Below are positions 1-8,966 of a stretch of 24,000 bases of DNA, piece by piece; position 1 is the stretch's first letter, and the number at the start of each line of letters is the position of its first letter. The DNA lies in NCBI GenBank assembly GCA_001612575.1, contig LJRV01000216.1:24860-48859 (forward strand). The letters are read 5' to 3'. The notes under the pieces were generated by a model. That model was not told the origin of the DNA. It worked only from the letters and a program-made list of their open reading frames with translations, and did no database searches. The position numbers were made by a program, and so were the translations under genes. Source of the stretch: Streptobacillus notomytis. GTDB lineage: Bacteria; Fusobacteriota; Fusobacteriia; Fusobacteriales; Leptotrichiaceae.

Positions 1-58
1 ATTTGAACTAATTGACTATTTATATTTTTTATGTTACTCTTATTTCAAGAGGTGATTA

Positions 59-85
59 GTGATATTTACAGTAGTTAAAAATTAG
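59..85 (+). CDS. mccA: Candidate microcin C-type precursor peptide (MccA-like), 8 aa: (f)M-I-F-T-V-V-K-N
   Basis: The frame is closed upstream by TGA 53-55. It reads GTG 59-61, ATA TTT ACA GTA GTT AAA AAT, TAG 83-85. An SD-like AGAGGTGA sits at 48-55, and its AGAGG ends 6 nt before the GTG. This is the only small ORF in the 151-nt leader whose last sense codon is Asn, the invariant C-terminal residue of MccA-type substrates. It is followed 6 nt later by a hairpin and then the MccB-like gene. The ORF is tiny and has a non-ATG start, so chance occurrence is possible. Confidence 0.4.
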   Translation: MIFTVVKN

Positions 86-91
86 TGAAAT

Positions 92-123
92 AGCCTATTT
101 TATATAGGCTTTATTTATTATAT
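92..123 (+). terminator. Rho-independent-type hairpin between the candidate mccA and mccB
   Basis: AGCCTAT (92-98) pairs perfectly with ATAGGCT (104-110), giving a 7-bp stem with 3 G:C pairs. The loop is 5 nt (TTTAT, 99-103). A T-rich tract TTATTTATTATAT follows at 111-123. The stem is modest but typical for a very AT-rich genome. Confidence 0.5.
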
Positions 124-151
124 GGACTTTATTTATATTTAAGGAGGAAAA

Positions 152-1207
152 ATGTATAAAATATCTTTGACGACAAGAATGTACAAGGATAGAGATGTTA
201 ATATTATCGGTCTTGGTACGAATCAATATTTTGTTGATGATGAAGAAATGGAAATAAGTTTAAAAATTTTATATTTTTTAAAAATACCAAAATGTAATAA
301 AGAAGTTCAAGAATTTTTAAATATCAATGACAATTATTTGAATATTTTTAATAAATTAGTAAAGAAAAGAATTATTACTTCTTTTGAAGAAGTATTTCAC
401 GAAGAAAATAGTATATATTTTAAAAATAAACTTTACATTGATTCTATTTACGAAAACACAGATTTTATTTTAAAAAATTTTAAAAAACATAAATTTATAA
501 TTTTAGGAACAGGTGGGATTGGAAATTATATTGCTTATGCTCTTAATACATATAATATAAAGGAAATGATACTATTTGATGGAGATTTAATAGAACTTTC
601 AAATCTTAATAGACAAATTTTATTTAAGTTGAAAGATGTAGATAAGTGTAAGGTAACTTGTTTAAAAAATGAATTATATAAAAGAAATGAAAAAAATAAA
701 ATAACTACAATTTTAGAATTTGCTAATAAAGTTAATTTAGAAAATCTTATAAAAAAAATTGGGGCAGAAAACACTTTTATTATATTATCTGGAGATAGTA
801 ATGGAATATTAGAAGATGTTACAGAAATAGCTGTTAAATATGAAATACCATTTCTTAATATAGGTTATTTAAATGATATTTCAGTAATAGGACCGTTTTA
901 TATACCTAGAATTTCATCATGTCCTTTATGCCATAATACATTAAAGGTTAAAAGTGAAATGATATTTAAAGAAAATGATTCTATAAAAGGAATAAACGAT
1001 ATATATACGGCACCATCATCATTTATTAATAATGCTATGGCTTCAAGCATGGCTATGGTTGATATAATTGCATATATGAGTGGTATGTATCAAAAAATAA
1101 ACTCATACAATAAAAGAATAGGTATTTCTAATAAAACTTTTGAAAAACTTGAAATAATTACTAAAATAGATAGTAGTTGTATATGTTCTGTAGGTGATAG
1201 TAAATGA
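152..1207 (+). CDS. mccB: MccB-like E1/ThiF-family peptide-nucleotide transferase (adenylyltransferase) with an N-terminal peptide-clamp-like extension
   Basis: A strong SD AAGGAGG lies at 141-147. The E1/ThiF/MoeB ATP-binding signature is present: ILGTGGIGN (nt 500-526) and D-G-D...SNLNRQ (SNLNRQ at nt 599-616). Four Cys occur as CPLC (aa 257-260, nt 920-931) and CIC (aa 343-345, nt 1178-1186), the arrangement of the structural Zn site in E1-like enzymes. About 110 aa precede the Rossmann fold, where MccB carries its peptide clamp. From my memory of E. coli MccB (about 350 aa), blocks such as GY-x-NDI-x-V-x-GP-x-Y-x-P...C-x-x-C and NKRIGI...C-x-C-S-V-x-G line up. That recollection needs a real alignment. 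Confidence 0.8.
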   Translation: MYKISLTTRMYKDRDVNIIGLGTNQYFVDDEEMEISLKILYFLKIPKCNKEVQEFLNINDNYLNIFNKLVKKRIITSFEEVFHEENSIYFKNKLYIDSIYENTDFILKNFKKHKFIILGTGGIGNYIAYALNTYNIKEMILFDGDLIELSNLNRQILFKLKDVDKCKVTCLKNELYKRNEKNKITTILEFANKVNLENLIKKIGAENTFIILSGDSNGILEDVTEIAVKYEIPFLNIGYLNDISVIGPFYIPRISSCPLCHNTLKVKSEMIFKENDSIKGINDIYTAPSSFINNAMASSMAMVDIIAYMSGMYQKINSYNKRIGISNKTFEKLEIITKIDSSCICSVGDSK

Positions 1208-2394
1208 ATGATATTTTAAAGAAAAATCAAATAATTTATTATATCTCAATATTTATGATAGTACTAGCTAGATCATTGCCACATTCGATATTAACAGTGT
1301 TATTATTTCAAAAAGGATTAGATATATCGAATATAATATTTATACAATCTTTTTTTAGTTTAGCAATACTATTATTTGAATTTCCAAGTGGGATTTGGGC
1401 AGATAGATATTCTCGTAAATTTCTATATCTACTATCTAATACATTTGTTATTGTAACCTTTATTTTAATATATAAATTTTATAGCTTATATATTTTAGCG
1501 TTAGCTTGGTTTATATATGGATTTTCTGAGGCTACAATAAGTGGAACATTAGATGCTCAAATTATAAATGATATAAAAAGTGAAAATGAAAGTTTACTTA
1601 ATGGATTTATAAAAAAGTCATCACAAATAATGTTTACAGCTATGATAATAGGGAGTATTTTAGGTTCTTTCTTATACTTTAAAATAGGTTTTAAAATATA
1701 TTTATTAGGAGCATTATTTATTGCTTTTTCCTTTTTAATAATTCTTATTTTTTTCAAAAATAATCAGGAATCATTAAAGGAAAATGTAAAAATAAAAATG
1801 CATTTATTTCAGGTAATTAACGAATTAAAGGCAAATGAAAATTTAAGAATTTATATATTTTTAGAAATTGTAAGTCAAATATATTTTCAAACTCATTTTC
1901 AACTTTGGCAAGCTTTATTTTTAACAAAGGGTATAAGTAAAGAAAACTTATATATTTACTACATCTTATTTCAGCTTATAGGGTTTATTTCATACTATTT
2001 CCCTATTGAAAAAGCAAAAAATAATATGAAATATATCTATTTTTCTTTTGTTATATTAATGCTAATACCTTTAATTATTTTGTCAACTAATAAATATTTA
2101 GTAAGTGTAATATATTTATTAATTTGTTCAGTTTTTACTATACTTGATTATTTCATTACATATAATTTTTCAAAAATTGTATCAAAAGAAAATATTAGTT
2201 CTTTAATATCATTAAAAAGTACTACATCAAGAGTTTCATCACTTATTATGTTACTATTATTTAGTTTTATCTTAAGATTTATTAGTTTACAACACTTAAT
2301 TATAGTTAATTTTATTATAGTTTTTGCTATATTATCAATATCAATATTTAAATTTCATAATAAATTATCTCAAATAGAGGAAAAGAGGATATAA
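1204..2394 (+). CDS. mccC: MFS-family efflux transporter, MccC-like exporter
   Basis: The protein is 396 aa and hydrophobic throughout, with roughly 12 hydrophobic segments by eye. The MFS motif-A-like loop G-I-W-A-D-R-Y-S-R-K (aa 63-72, nt 1390-1419) lies after the second hydrophobic segment. The start ATG 1204-1206 overlaps the mccB stop TGA 1205-1207 (ATGA), which implies translational coupling. Confidence 0.75.
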   Translation: MNDILKKNQIIYYISIFMIVLARSLPHSILTVLLFQKGLDISNIIFIQSFFSLAILLFEFPSGIWADRYSRKFLYLLSNTFVIVTFILIYKFYSLYILALAWFIYGFSEATISGTLDAQIINDIKSENESLLNGFIKKSSQIMFTAMIIGSILGSFLYFKIGFKIYLLGALFIAFSFLIILIFFKNNQESLKENVKIKMHLFQVINELKANENLRIYIFLEIVSQIYFQTHFQLWQALFLTKGISKENLYIYYILFQLIGFISYYFPIEKAKNNMKYIYFSFVILMLIPLIILSTNKYLVSVIYLLICSVFTILDYFITYNFSKIVSKENISSLISLKSTTSRVSSLIMLLLFSFILRFISLQHLIIVNFIIVFAILSISIFKFHNKLSQIEEKRI

Positions 2395-2420
2395 TCTGTC
2401 TTTTTCTCTTTTATTTTTTT
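2376..2420 (+). terminator. Possible weak terminator at the end of the MFS gene
   Basis: AGAGGAAAAGA (2376-2386) can pair with TCTTTTTCTCT (2399-2409), giving 10 Watson-Crick pairs plus one G:U. The 12-nt loop contains the TAA stop (2392-2394). TTTATTTTTTT follows at 2410-2420. The stem is low-complexity purine/pyrimidine, so support is weak. Confidence 0.3.
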
Positions 2421-2472
2421 ACTGATTAACTTTAATTTATAGTGCTTAAATATCACGCTTTAGCTAGAAATT

Positions 2473-2501
2473 TTGAAAAAAATGTGATAAAATAGTATGA
2501 T
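2473..2501 (+). promoter_or_regulatory. Putative sigma70-type promoter for tex and the downstream array
   Basis: TTGAAA (2473-2478), a 17-nt spacer, then TATGAT (2496-2501). It lies in the only sizeable intergenic gap (2395-2522) upstream of tex. Such hexamers are common in AT-rich DNA. Confidence 0.4.
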
Positions 2502-2522
2502 AGGAAAATAATGGAGGAAAGA

Positions 2523-4805
2523 ATGGAAATTAAAATATTTGAATATGTTTCTAATGAACTTAACATAGGTTTAAAACAAATTATAGAAACTATAAAGCTA
2601 TATGATGAGGGAGCAACTATTCCCTTTATATCTCGTTATAGAAAAGAATTGACTGGAAATTTAGATGAAGAACAAATTAGAGATTTAGTAGAAAAAATAA
2701 CATATTATAGAAATCTTGAAAAAAGAAAAGAAGAAGTAATTAGACTTATTGATGAACAGGGTGCATTAACCCCAGAGCTTGAAAAAGCTATTAATGAGGC
2801 GACAGTATTACAAAGAGTGGAAGACTTATATATGCCATATAAGAAAAAGAAAAAGACTAAGGCAGATATAGCTATAGAAAATGGATTAGAACCTTTATCT
2901 ATTTTTGCAAAAGATGTAAAAGTTACTATGGAGTTATTAAAAGAAGAGGCTAATAAATATATTAATGAAAATGTTTTAAGTGTAGATGAAGCCTTAGAGG
3001 GTGTTCATTTAATATATGCTCAAAAAATATCAGAAGAAATTACTAATAGAGAATACTTAAGAAATTTACTTGCACAAAAATCTTTAGTAGTTTCTAAACT
3101 TATTGAGAAGAATAAGGAACTTGATGAAAAACAAGTATACAAAGATTACTATAATTTTCAAGAAACATATTCTAAAATAGTTACGCATAGAATACTAGCT
3201 ATTAATAGGGGAGAAAATGAAAAAATCCTAAAGGTAAGTTTAGAAATAGATGAACCTACAAGAGAAGAATTAGTAAATAAGATATATAATATGAATTTTG
3301 AAAATAGTAATATTAAACCTTTTTTAATAGATGTAGTAAATGATTCTATAGATAGATTAATGTATCCCTCTATAGAAAATGAACTTAGAAATATTTTAAC
3401 AGAAAAAGCAGAATTAGAGGCTATAGAAAATTTTGCAACTAATTTAGAAAAGCTGTTATTACAACCACCATTAAATAAAAAAACTATACTAGGGCTTGAT
3501 CCAGGTTATAGAACAGGGGCAAAACTTGCAATAATTGATAAAGATGGTTTCTTTAAAGAAAGTGATGTAGTTTATTTAGTTAAAGAAATGCACAGTGAAA
3601 AACAATTAGAAATTGCAAGAAATAAGATACTTAAATATTTAAGTAAATATGATGTTGATATAGTAGCAATAGGAAATGGAACTGCAAGTCGTGAAACAGA
3701 GAGTTTTGTTGCAGAAGTTCTTAAAGAATATAAGGAAAAGAAAGTATCATACATCATAGTTAATGAAGCAGGTGCATCAGTTTATTCAGTATCTAAAGTT
3801 GCTGCCGAAGAATTTCCTGAACTTGATGTTACCGTAAGAGGAACTATATCTATTTCAAGAAGATTACAAGATCCACTTGCTGAACTTGTTAAAATAGACC
3901 CTAAATCTATAGGTGTTGGAATGTATCAACATGATGTTAATCAAAAGAAATTAAATGAAGAACTTGAACAAACTATAGAAAAAATAGTTAATAAGGTTGG
4001 AGTAAATATTAATACTGCAAGTGCTGAACTTTTAAGTTTTGTATCAGGTATTAAGAAAAATATTGCTAAAAATATAGTTGAGTATAGAAAAGAAAATGGA
4101 GATTTTAAAAATAGAAAAGAAATTTTAAAAGTAAAAGGACTAGGATCTAAGGCTTTTGAACAATTAGCAGGATTTGTTGTTATACCAAATGGAGAAAATC
4201 CTTTAGATAATACAATAATTCACCCTGAATCATATCATATAGCTGAAGAGATTTTAGCTAGTTTTTCTACTTCTGTAAATGAATTAAAATCAGATTTAGA
4301 ATCTGTAAGAGAAAAACTTAAGTCAGTAGATTTACAAAAGATAATAGAAAAAACAGGTCTTGATAAAACAACTAAAGATGTTTATGAAGCTTTAATTAAA
4401 GATAGACGTGATCCAAGAGATGATTTTGATAAACCTCTTTTAAGAGAAGATGTTTTATCTATAGAAGATTTAAAAGCTGGAATGGAACTTGAGGGAACAG
4501 TTAGAAATGTTACAAAATTTGGAGCATTTGTTGATATAGGATTAAAAAATGATGCTATGATACATATATCTGAGCTTTCACATTCATTTATTGATGATCC
4601 AACTAAGGTATTATCTATAGGTCAAATAATTAAAGTTAGAGTACTTGATATAGATATGCAAAGAGGAAGAGTTGCATTAACAAGAAAAGATCCTAACTTT
4701 GTTAAACCTAATAAAAAGAAACAACCAAAGATTAATAAAGAAGAAATACAAAGAAAAAAATTAGAACAACAGCTGATAAATAAGGGATGGAAAATAAAAA
4801 AATAG
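2523..4805 (+). CDS. tex: Tex, transcription accessory protein (S1 RNA-binding domain protein)
   Basis: The N-terminus [10 protein letters not shown]...L.E.QIR is typical of Tex. A central YqgF/RuvX-like region ([18 protein letters not shown]), HhH repeats and a C-terminal S1 domain ([34 protein letters not shown]) are present. I prefer ATG 2523 to the track's 2511 because GGAGG 2513-2517 sits 5 nt upstream of 2523. Confidence 0.9.
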   Translation: MEIKIFEYVSNELNIGLKQIIETIKLYDEGATIPFISRYRKELTGNLDEEQIRDLVEKITYYRNLEKRKEEVIRLIDEQGALTPELEKAINEATVLQRVEDLYMPYKKKKKTKADIAIENGLEPLSIFAKDVKVTMELLKEEANKYINENVLSVDEALEGVHLIYAQKISEEITNREYLRNLLAQKSLVVSKLIEKNKELDEKQVYKDYYNFQETYSKIVTHRILAINRGENEKILKVSLEIDEPTREELVNKIYNMNFENSNIKPFLIDVVNDSIDRLMYPSIENELRNILTEKAELEAIENFATNLEKLLLQPPLNKKTILGLDPGYRTGAKLAIIDKDGFFKESDVVYLVKEMHSEKQLEIARNKILKYLSKYDVDIVAIGNGTASRETESFVAEVLKEYKEKKVSYIIVNEAGASVYSVSKVAAEEFPELDVTVRGTISISRRLQDPLAELVKIDPKSIGVGMYQHDVNQKKLNEELEQTIEKIVNKVGVNINTASAELLSFVSGIKKNIAKNIVEYRKENGDFKNRKEILKVKGLGSKAFEQLAGFVVIPNGENPLDNTIIHPESYHIAEEILASFSTSVNELKSDLESVREKLKSVDLQKIIEKTGLDKTTKDVYEALIKDRRDPRDDFDKPLLREDVLSIEDLKAGMELEGTVRNVTKFGAFVDIGLKNDAMIHISELSHSFIDDPTKVLSIGQIIKVRVLDIDMQRGRVALTRKDPNFVKPNKKKQPKINKEEIQRKKLEQQLINKGWKIKK

Positions 4806-4813
4806 GAGGAAAT

Positions 4814-7600
4814 ATGTCAGAAGAAAATAAAGTAGATTATGCAAGTACGCTTAATTTACCTAAAACTAGCTTTAAAATGAAAGCAAATCTTTCTCAAAAA
4901 GAACCTTTAACTATAAGAGATTGGGATAAAAATAAAATATATGAAAAATCTTTAGATAATGAAAAACCAACTTTTTTCTTGCATGATGGGCCACCATATG
5001 CAAATGGAAATTTACATATAGGTCATGCTATAAATAAGGTGCTTAAAGATATAATATTAAAATATAAGAGATTACAAGGATTTAACGCACCATATATACC
5101 AGGGTGGGATACACATGGATTACCTATAGAATGGAAAATGATACAGGAATTAGGTGAAAAAGCTAAGGAAATGTCTCCATTAGAATTAAGAAATGCTTGT
5201 AAAAAATATGCTTTAAAATCTGTTGAAATGCAAAAAAAGGATTTTATAAGACTAGGAATCTTAGGAGATTGGAATAATCCATATATTACATTAAATAAAG
5301 AATTTGAAGCAGAAGAATTAAGAGTATTTAGGGATATATATGAAAATGGATATATATATAAGGGATTAAAACCAGTTTATTGGTCACCTACTACAGAAAC
5401 TGCACTTGCAGAAGCAGAAATAGAGTATAAGGATGTAGAATCAGATTCAATATATGTTAAGATGAATTTAACTGATGAATCTAATGAAAAGCTAGGAATA
5501 GAAAATGCAGCTATGGTAATATGGACAACTACTCCATGGACTATACCAGCAAACTTAGCTATATCTTTAAATGAAGATTTTGTATACGGGATATATAAAA
5601 CAGTAAAGGGTAATTTAATATTAAGTAAAACATTAGCTGAAAAAGCATTTGGCGAAATGGGATTAGAATTTGAATTAATAAAAGAGATTTCAGGTAAAGA
5701 CTTTGAAAGATTAACATATATTCACCCACTATATGATAGGGTTTCTATGTTAATTTTAGGAGATCATGTTACAGAAGATGCTGGTACTGGATGTGTTCAT
5801 ACTGCACCAGGACATGGGGTTGATGATTATAACGTATCATTAAAATATGATATAGGAATATTATCTCCAGTAGATAATAAAGGACATATGACTCATGAAG
5901 CACATGGATATGAAGGTCTTTTCTATAGGAAAGCAAATGGTGCTATAATATCTGATCTTGAAAATAGTGGACATTTATTAGGTCATAAAAAAATAGTGCA
6001 TTCTTATCCTCATGATTGGAGAAGTAAAAAACCTGTAATATTTAGAGCTACAGAACAATGGTTTATAAAAGTTGATGGTGAAGTTAGAGAAAATACTTTA
6101 GAAAGATTGGAAGAAGTTGAATTTGTTCCAGCATGGGGAAGAAATAGAATTACTTCTATGATGGAAAATAGACCAGATTGGACTATATCAAGACAAAGAG
6201 TTTGGGGAGTTCCTATACCAATTTTCTATAATGCTAAAACTAATGAAGTAGTTTATGAATCAGAAATAATGGCTAGAGTAATAGATTTAGTAGAAAAAGA
6301 AGGAACTGATATTTGGTGGAAATATTCAGCTCATGAAATAATAGGAGAAGAATTATTAGTTAAACATAATTTAAAAGATGTAGAATTAAGAAAAGAACAA
6401 TCAATACTTGATGTATGGTTTGATTCAGGAGTTAGTCATAGAGCAGTGTTAAGACCTAGAGGATATAATATTAGACCTGTAGATCTTTATCTTGAAGGTT
6501 CTGATCAACATAGAGGTTGGTTCCAATCATCATTACTTACATCAGTAGCTTCTACATTTGACTCACCTTATAAGAAATTATTAACGCATGGTTTTGTTAT
6601 GGATGGACAAGGTAGAAAGATGTCTAAATCATTAGGTAATACTATAACTCCTAAAGATATTATAGATGTACATGGTGCAGATATATTAAGACTTTGGGTT
6701 TCAAGTGTTGATTATAGAGAAGATGTTAGAATTTCTGATAATATAATACAACAAATGACAGATTCATATAGAAAAATAAGAAATACTGCAAGATATTTAT
6801 TAGGTAATATAAATGATTTTGATAGAAATAGTAAGGTAGCTTATGAGGATATGTTAGAAATAGATAAATGGGCTATGCATAAATTAGAAGAATTAAAAGA
6901 AAAGGTTACGAAACATTATGAAAATTATGAATTTTATTCATTGTTCCAAGAAATACTTTATTTCTGTTCTGTTGATATGTCATCATTTTATCTTGATATA
7001 ATAAAAGATAGATTATACTGTGAATATAAAGATTCATTAGAAAGAAGATCAGCACAAACTGTATTAGTAGATATTTTAGATGTTTTAGTAAGAATAATAT
7101 CACCAGTATTATCATTTACAGCAGAAGAGATTTGGGAAAGACTTGATTATGTTGGTAAAGAAGAAAGTGTTCATTTATCTAAGTGGATAGAAGCTAAACC
7201 AGAACATATAAATGAAGAAATTGCTAAGAGATGGCAAATATTAGGAGAACTTAGAAAAGAAGTTAATAAGAAAATAGAAAAAGAAAGACAAAATGGTTCT
7301 ATAGGATTATCTCTTGATGCAAGAGTATTAATTAAAGTAACTAATGATAAATATGAATTTATTAAAGAATACTCTAGTTGGGATATATCAGATATATTCC
7401 TTGTATCACAGGTTGAGTTTACAAATACTGAAGAATTAGAAAAAACTGATTTAGAAGGATTTGAAGTTAAAATTATAAAAGCTTTAGGTAAGAAATGTGA
7501 AAGATGTTGGAAATATTCTGAAGAAGTTGGACAAGATTTAGAATATCCAGATGTTACATTAAGAGATGCTAAGGTATTAAGAATGTTGAAAGGACAATAA
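4814..7600 (+). CDS. ileS: Isoleucine--tRNA ligase (type 1, with C-terminal Zn-binding motif)
   Basis: HIGH motif at nt 5015-5026 ([10 protein letters not shown]), KMSKS at nt 6617-6631, and C-terminal CERCWKY. I prefer ATG 4814 (MSEENKVDY...), with AGGAGG at 4804-4809. The track start at 4787 lies inside tex and lacks an SD. Confidence 0.95.
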   Translation: MSEENKVDYASTLNLPKTSFKMKANLSQKEPLTIRDWDKNKIYEKSLDNEKPTFFLHDGPPYANGNLHIGHAINKVLKDIILKYKRLQGFNAPYIPGWDTHGLPIEWKMIQELGEKAKEMSPLELRNACKKYALKSVEMQKKDFIRLGILGDWNNPYITLNKEFEAEELRVFRDIYENGYIYKGLKPVYWSPTTETALAEAEIEYKDVESDSIYVKMNLTDESNEKLGIENAAMVIWTTTPWTIPANLAISLNEDFVYGIYKTVKGNLILSKTLAEKAFGEMGLEFELIKEISGKDFERLTYIHPLYDRVSMLILGDHVTEDAGTGCVHTAPGHGVDDYNVSLKYDIGILSPVDNKGHMTHEAHGYEGLFYRKANGAIISDLENSGHLLGHKKIVHSYPHDWRSKKPVIFRATEQWFIKVDGEVRENTLERLEEVEFVPAWGRNRITSMMENRPDWTISRQRVWGVPIPIFYNAKTNEVVYESEIMARVIDLVEKEGTDIWWKYSAHEIIGEELLVKHNLKDVELRKEQSILDVWFDSGVSHRAVLRPRGYNIRPVDLYLEGSDQHRGWFQSSLLTSVASTFDSPYKKLLTHGFVMDGQGRKMSKSLGNTITPKDIIDVHGADILRLWVSSVDYREDVRISDNIIQQMTDSYRKIRNTARYLLGNINDFDRNSKVAYEDMLEIDKWAMHKLEELKEKVTKHYENYEFYSLFQEILYFCSVDMSSFYLDIIKDRLYCEYKDSLERRSAQTVLVDILDVLVRIISPVLSFTAEEIWERLDYVGKEESVHLSKWIEAKPEHINEEIAKRWQILGELRKEVNKKIEKERQNGSIGLSLDARVLIKVTNDKYEFIKEYSSWDISDIFLVSQVEFTNTEELEKTDLEGFEVKIIKALGKKCERCWKYSEEVGQDLEYPDVTLRDAKVLRMLKGQ

Positions 7601-7601
7601 T

Positions 7602-8063
7602 ATGCAATACATATTTTTAATATTAATATATATAGTATTAGTATTTATTGATCAGATTACTAAACATTTAATGTATGTTATTTCTAATGCCCAAATTGGT
7701 TATTCTATACCTGTTTTAGGAGATTTTTTCAAGTTAACATATATAGAAAATCATGGAGGAGTATTTGGAATTTTTCAGGGTCATATTATTGTATTTACAA
7801 TAATTAGTACCCTACTTATAACATACATCATATATACAGAATGGCATAATTTTTTAAAGGCAGATTTCATAAAAAAAATTGCAATAATATTTATTGCTTC
7901 AGGTGCAACTGGTAATATGATAGATAGGTTCTTTAGAGGTTATGTTATAGACATGATAGATTTTAGAGGAATTTGGCAATTCATATTCAATGTTGCTGAT
8001 GTATACGTACATATAGGAATATATATTCTTATACTTATGTACCTGCTAAAAAAAGAAAAATAA
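7602..8063 (+). CDS. lspA: Lipoprotein signal peptidase (signal peptidase II)
   Basis: A 153-aa membrane protein with LspA motifs: YIENHGGVFGIF (N-x-G-x-x-F-G), NMIDR, and FNVADVYVHIG (the catalytic Asp region). The classic ileS-lspA linkage is present, with a 1-nt gap. Confidence 0.9.
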   Translation: MQYIFLILIYIVLVFIDQITKHLMYVISNAQIGYSIPVLGDFFKLTYIENHGGVFGIFQGHIIVFTIISTLLITYIIYTEWHNFLKADFIKKIAIIFIASGATGNMIDRFFRGYVIDMIDFRGIWQFIFNVADVYVHIGIYILILMYLLKKEK

Positions 8064-8084
8064 GTATGAAGAAAGGGAAAAATT

Positions 8085-8966
8085 ATGTATTTTCAGGATA
8101 TAATACTAACACTTCAAAAATATTGGAGTGATCAAGGTTGTATAATAAGTAATCCATATGATGTTGAAACAGGTGCAGGAACTTTTAATCCAGATACATT
8201 TTTAATGTCTTTAGGGCCTGAACCTTGGAATGTTGCTTATGTTGAACCATCAAGAAGACCTAAAGATGGAAGATATGGACAAAATCCAAATAGGGTGTAT
8301 CAACATCATCAATTTCAAGTGATAATGAAACCATCACCTGATAATATACAAGAACTTTATCTTAAAAGTTTAGAAGCTTTAGGGATAGATATTAAAAATC
8401 ATGATATTAGATTTGTTGAGGATAACTGGGAATCTCCAACTCTTGGAGCATGGGGTCTTGGTTGGGAAGTGTGGTTAGATGGAATGGAAATTACACAATT
8501 TACATACTTTCAACAAGTAGGAGGTATAGAAGTTGATATAACTCCTTCTGAGATTACTTATGGACTTGAAAGAATAGCATTGTACTTACAAAATAAAGAA
8601 AATGTTTATGATTTAGAGTGGACTAAGGGTGTAAAATATGGTGAAAGAAGATTCCAGTATGAGTATGAAATGAGTAAATACAGTTTTGAAGTTAGTGATA
8701 ATAGTATGAATTTTACCTTATTTGATATGTATGAAAAAGAAGCTAATAACTGTATAAATCATAAATTAGTTCTTCCAGCATATGATTATGTTCTTAAATG
8801 TTCTCATACATTTAACAACTTAGATGCAAGAGGAGCTATATCAACTACTGAAAGAATGTCATATATTTTAAGAGTTAGAGACTTAGCTAAAAAATGTGCT
8901 GAAATATTTGTTAAAACTCGTGAGGATTTAGGTCATCCGCTTTTAAAAAAAGGGGGTAATAAATAA
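8085..8966 (+). CDS. glyQ: Glycine--tRNA ligase alpha subunit
   Basis: The N-terminus [34 protein letters not shown] and [33 protein letters not shown] are highly characteristic of GlyQ. Confidence 0.95.
   Translation: MYFQDIILTLQKYWSDQGCIISNPYDVETGAGTFNPDTFLMSLGPEPWNVAYVEPSRRPKDGRYGQNPNRVYQHHQFQVIMKPSPDNIQELYLKSLEALGIDIKNHDIRFVEDNWESPTLGAWGLGWEVWLDGMEITQFTYFQQVGGIEVDITPSEITYGLERIALYLQNKENVYDLEWTKGVKYGERRFQYEYEMSKYSFEVSDNSMNFTLFDMYEKEANNCINHKLVLPAYDYVLKCSHTFNNLDARGAISTTERMSYILRVRDLAKKCAEIFVKTREDLGHPLLKKGGNK

Noticed and set aside
31-78. ATG-initiated mini-ORF MLLLFQEVISDIYSS as the possible RiPP precursor
   Set aside because: No SD-like sequence precedes ATG 31. It ends in Ser-Ser rather than the Asn that MccB-type chemistry requires. 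It overlaps the better-supported GTG ORF in another frame.
122-142. Mini-ORF ATG GAC TTT ATT TAT ATT TAA (MDFIYI) just upstream of mccB
   Set aside because: It has no SD, is only 6 aa and does not end in Asn. It lies downstream of the hairpin, and its stop overlaps the mccB SD. It is most likely a chance ORF.
152-1207. Alternative identities for the E1-like protein: ThiF/MoeB sulfur-carrier activase, CBASS Cap2 or Bil-type ubiquitin-like conjugation, a TOMM cyclodehydratase partner, or PaaA of pantocin A
   Set aside because: There is no ThiS/MoaD-like, E2, JAB or cyclase gene nearby, and no rhodanese or E2 fusion. ThiF/MoeB lack the ~110-aa N-terminal extension. A pantocin-type cluster would need a PaaB-like oxygenase and an EEN-containing ~30-aa peptide, neither of which is seen. 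PaaA-like chemistry cannot be fully excluded without phylogeny.
2452-2490. Inverted hexamers TATCAC (2452-2457) and GTGATA (2485-2490) flanking the putative tex -35 as a possible operator
   Set aside because: Only 6 bp match, the separation is 27 nt, and such matches are expected by chance in AT-rich DNA. Nothing further supports it.
2841-2856. A-rich run AAGAAAAAGAAAAAGA in tex (and similar runs elsewhere) as a programmed frameshift or slippery site
   Set aside because: The reading frame continues uninterrupted through it (KKKKK) into conserved Tex sequence, and no alternative-frame ORF follows.
4806-8084. T-box or other riboswitch leaders upstream of ileS and glyQS
   Set aside because: The gaps are only 8 nt (tex to ileS) and 21 nt (lspA to glyQ), which leaves no room for a ~200-nt T-box leader.
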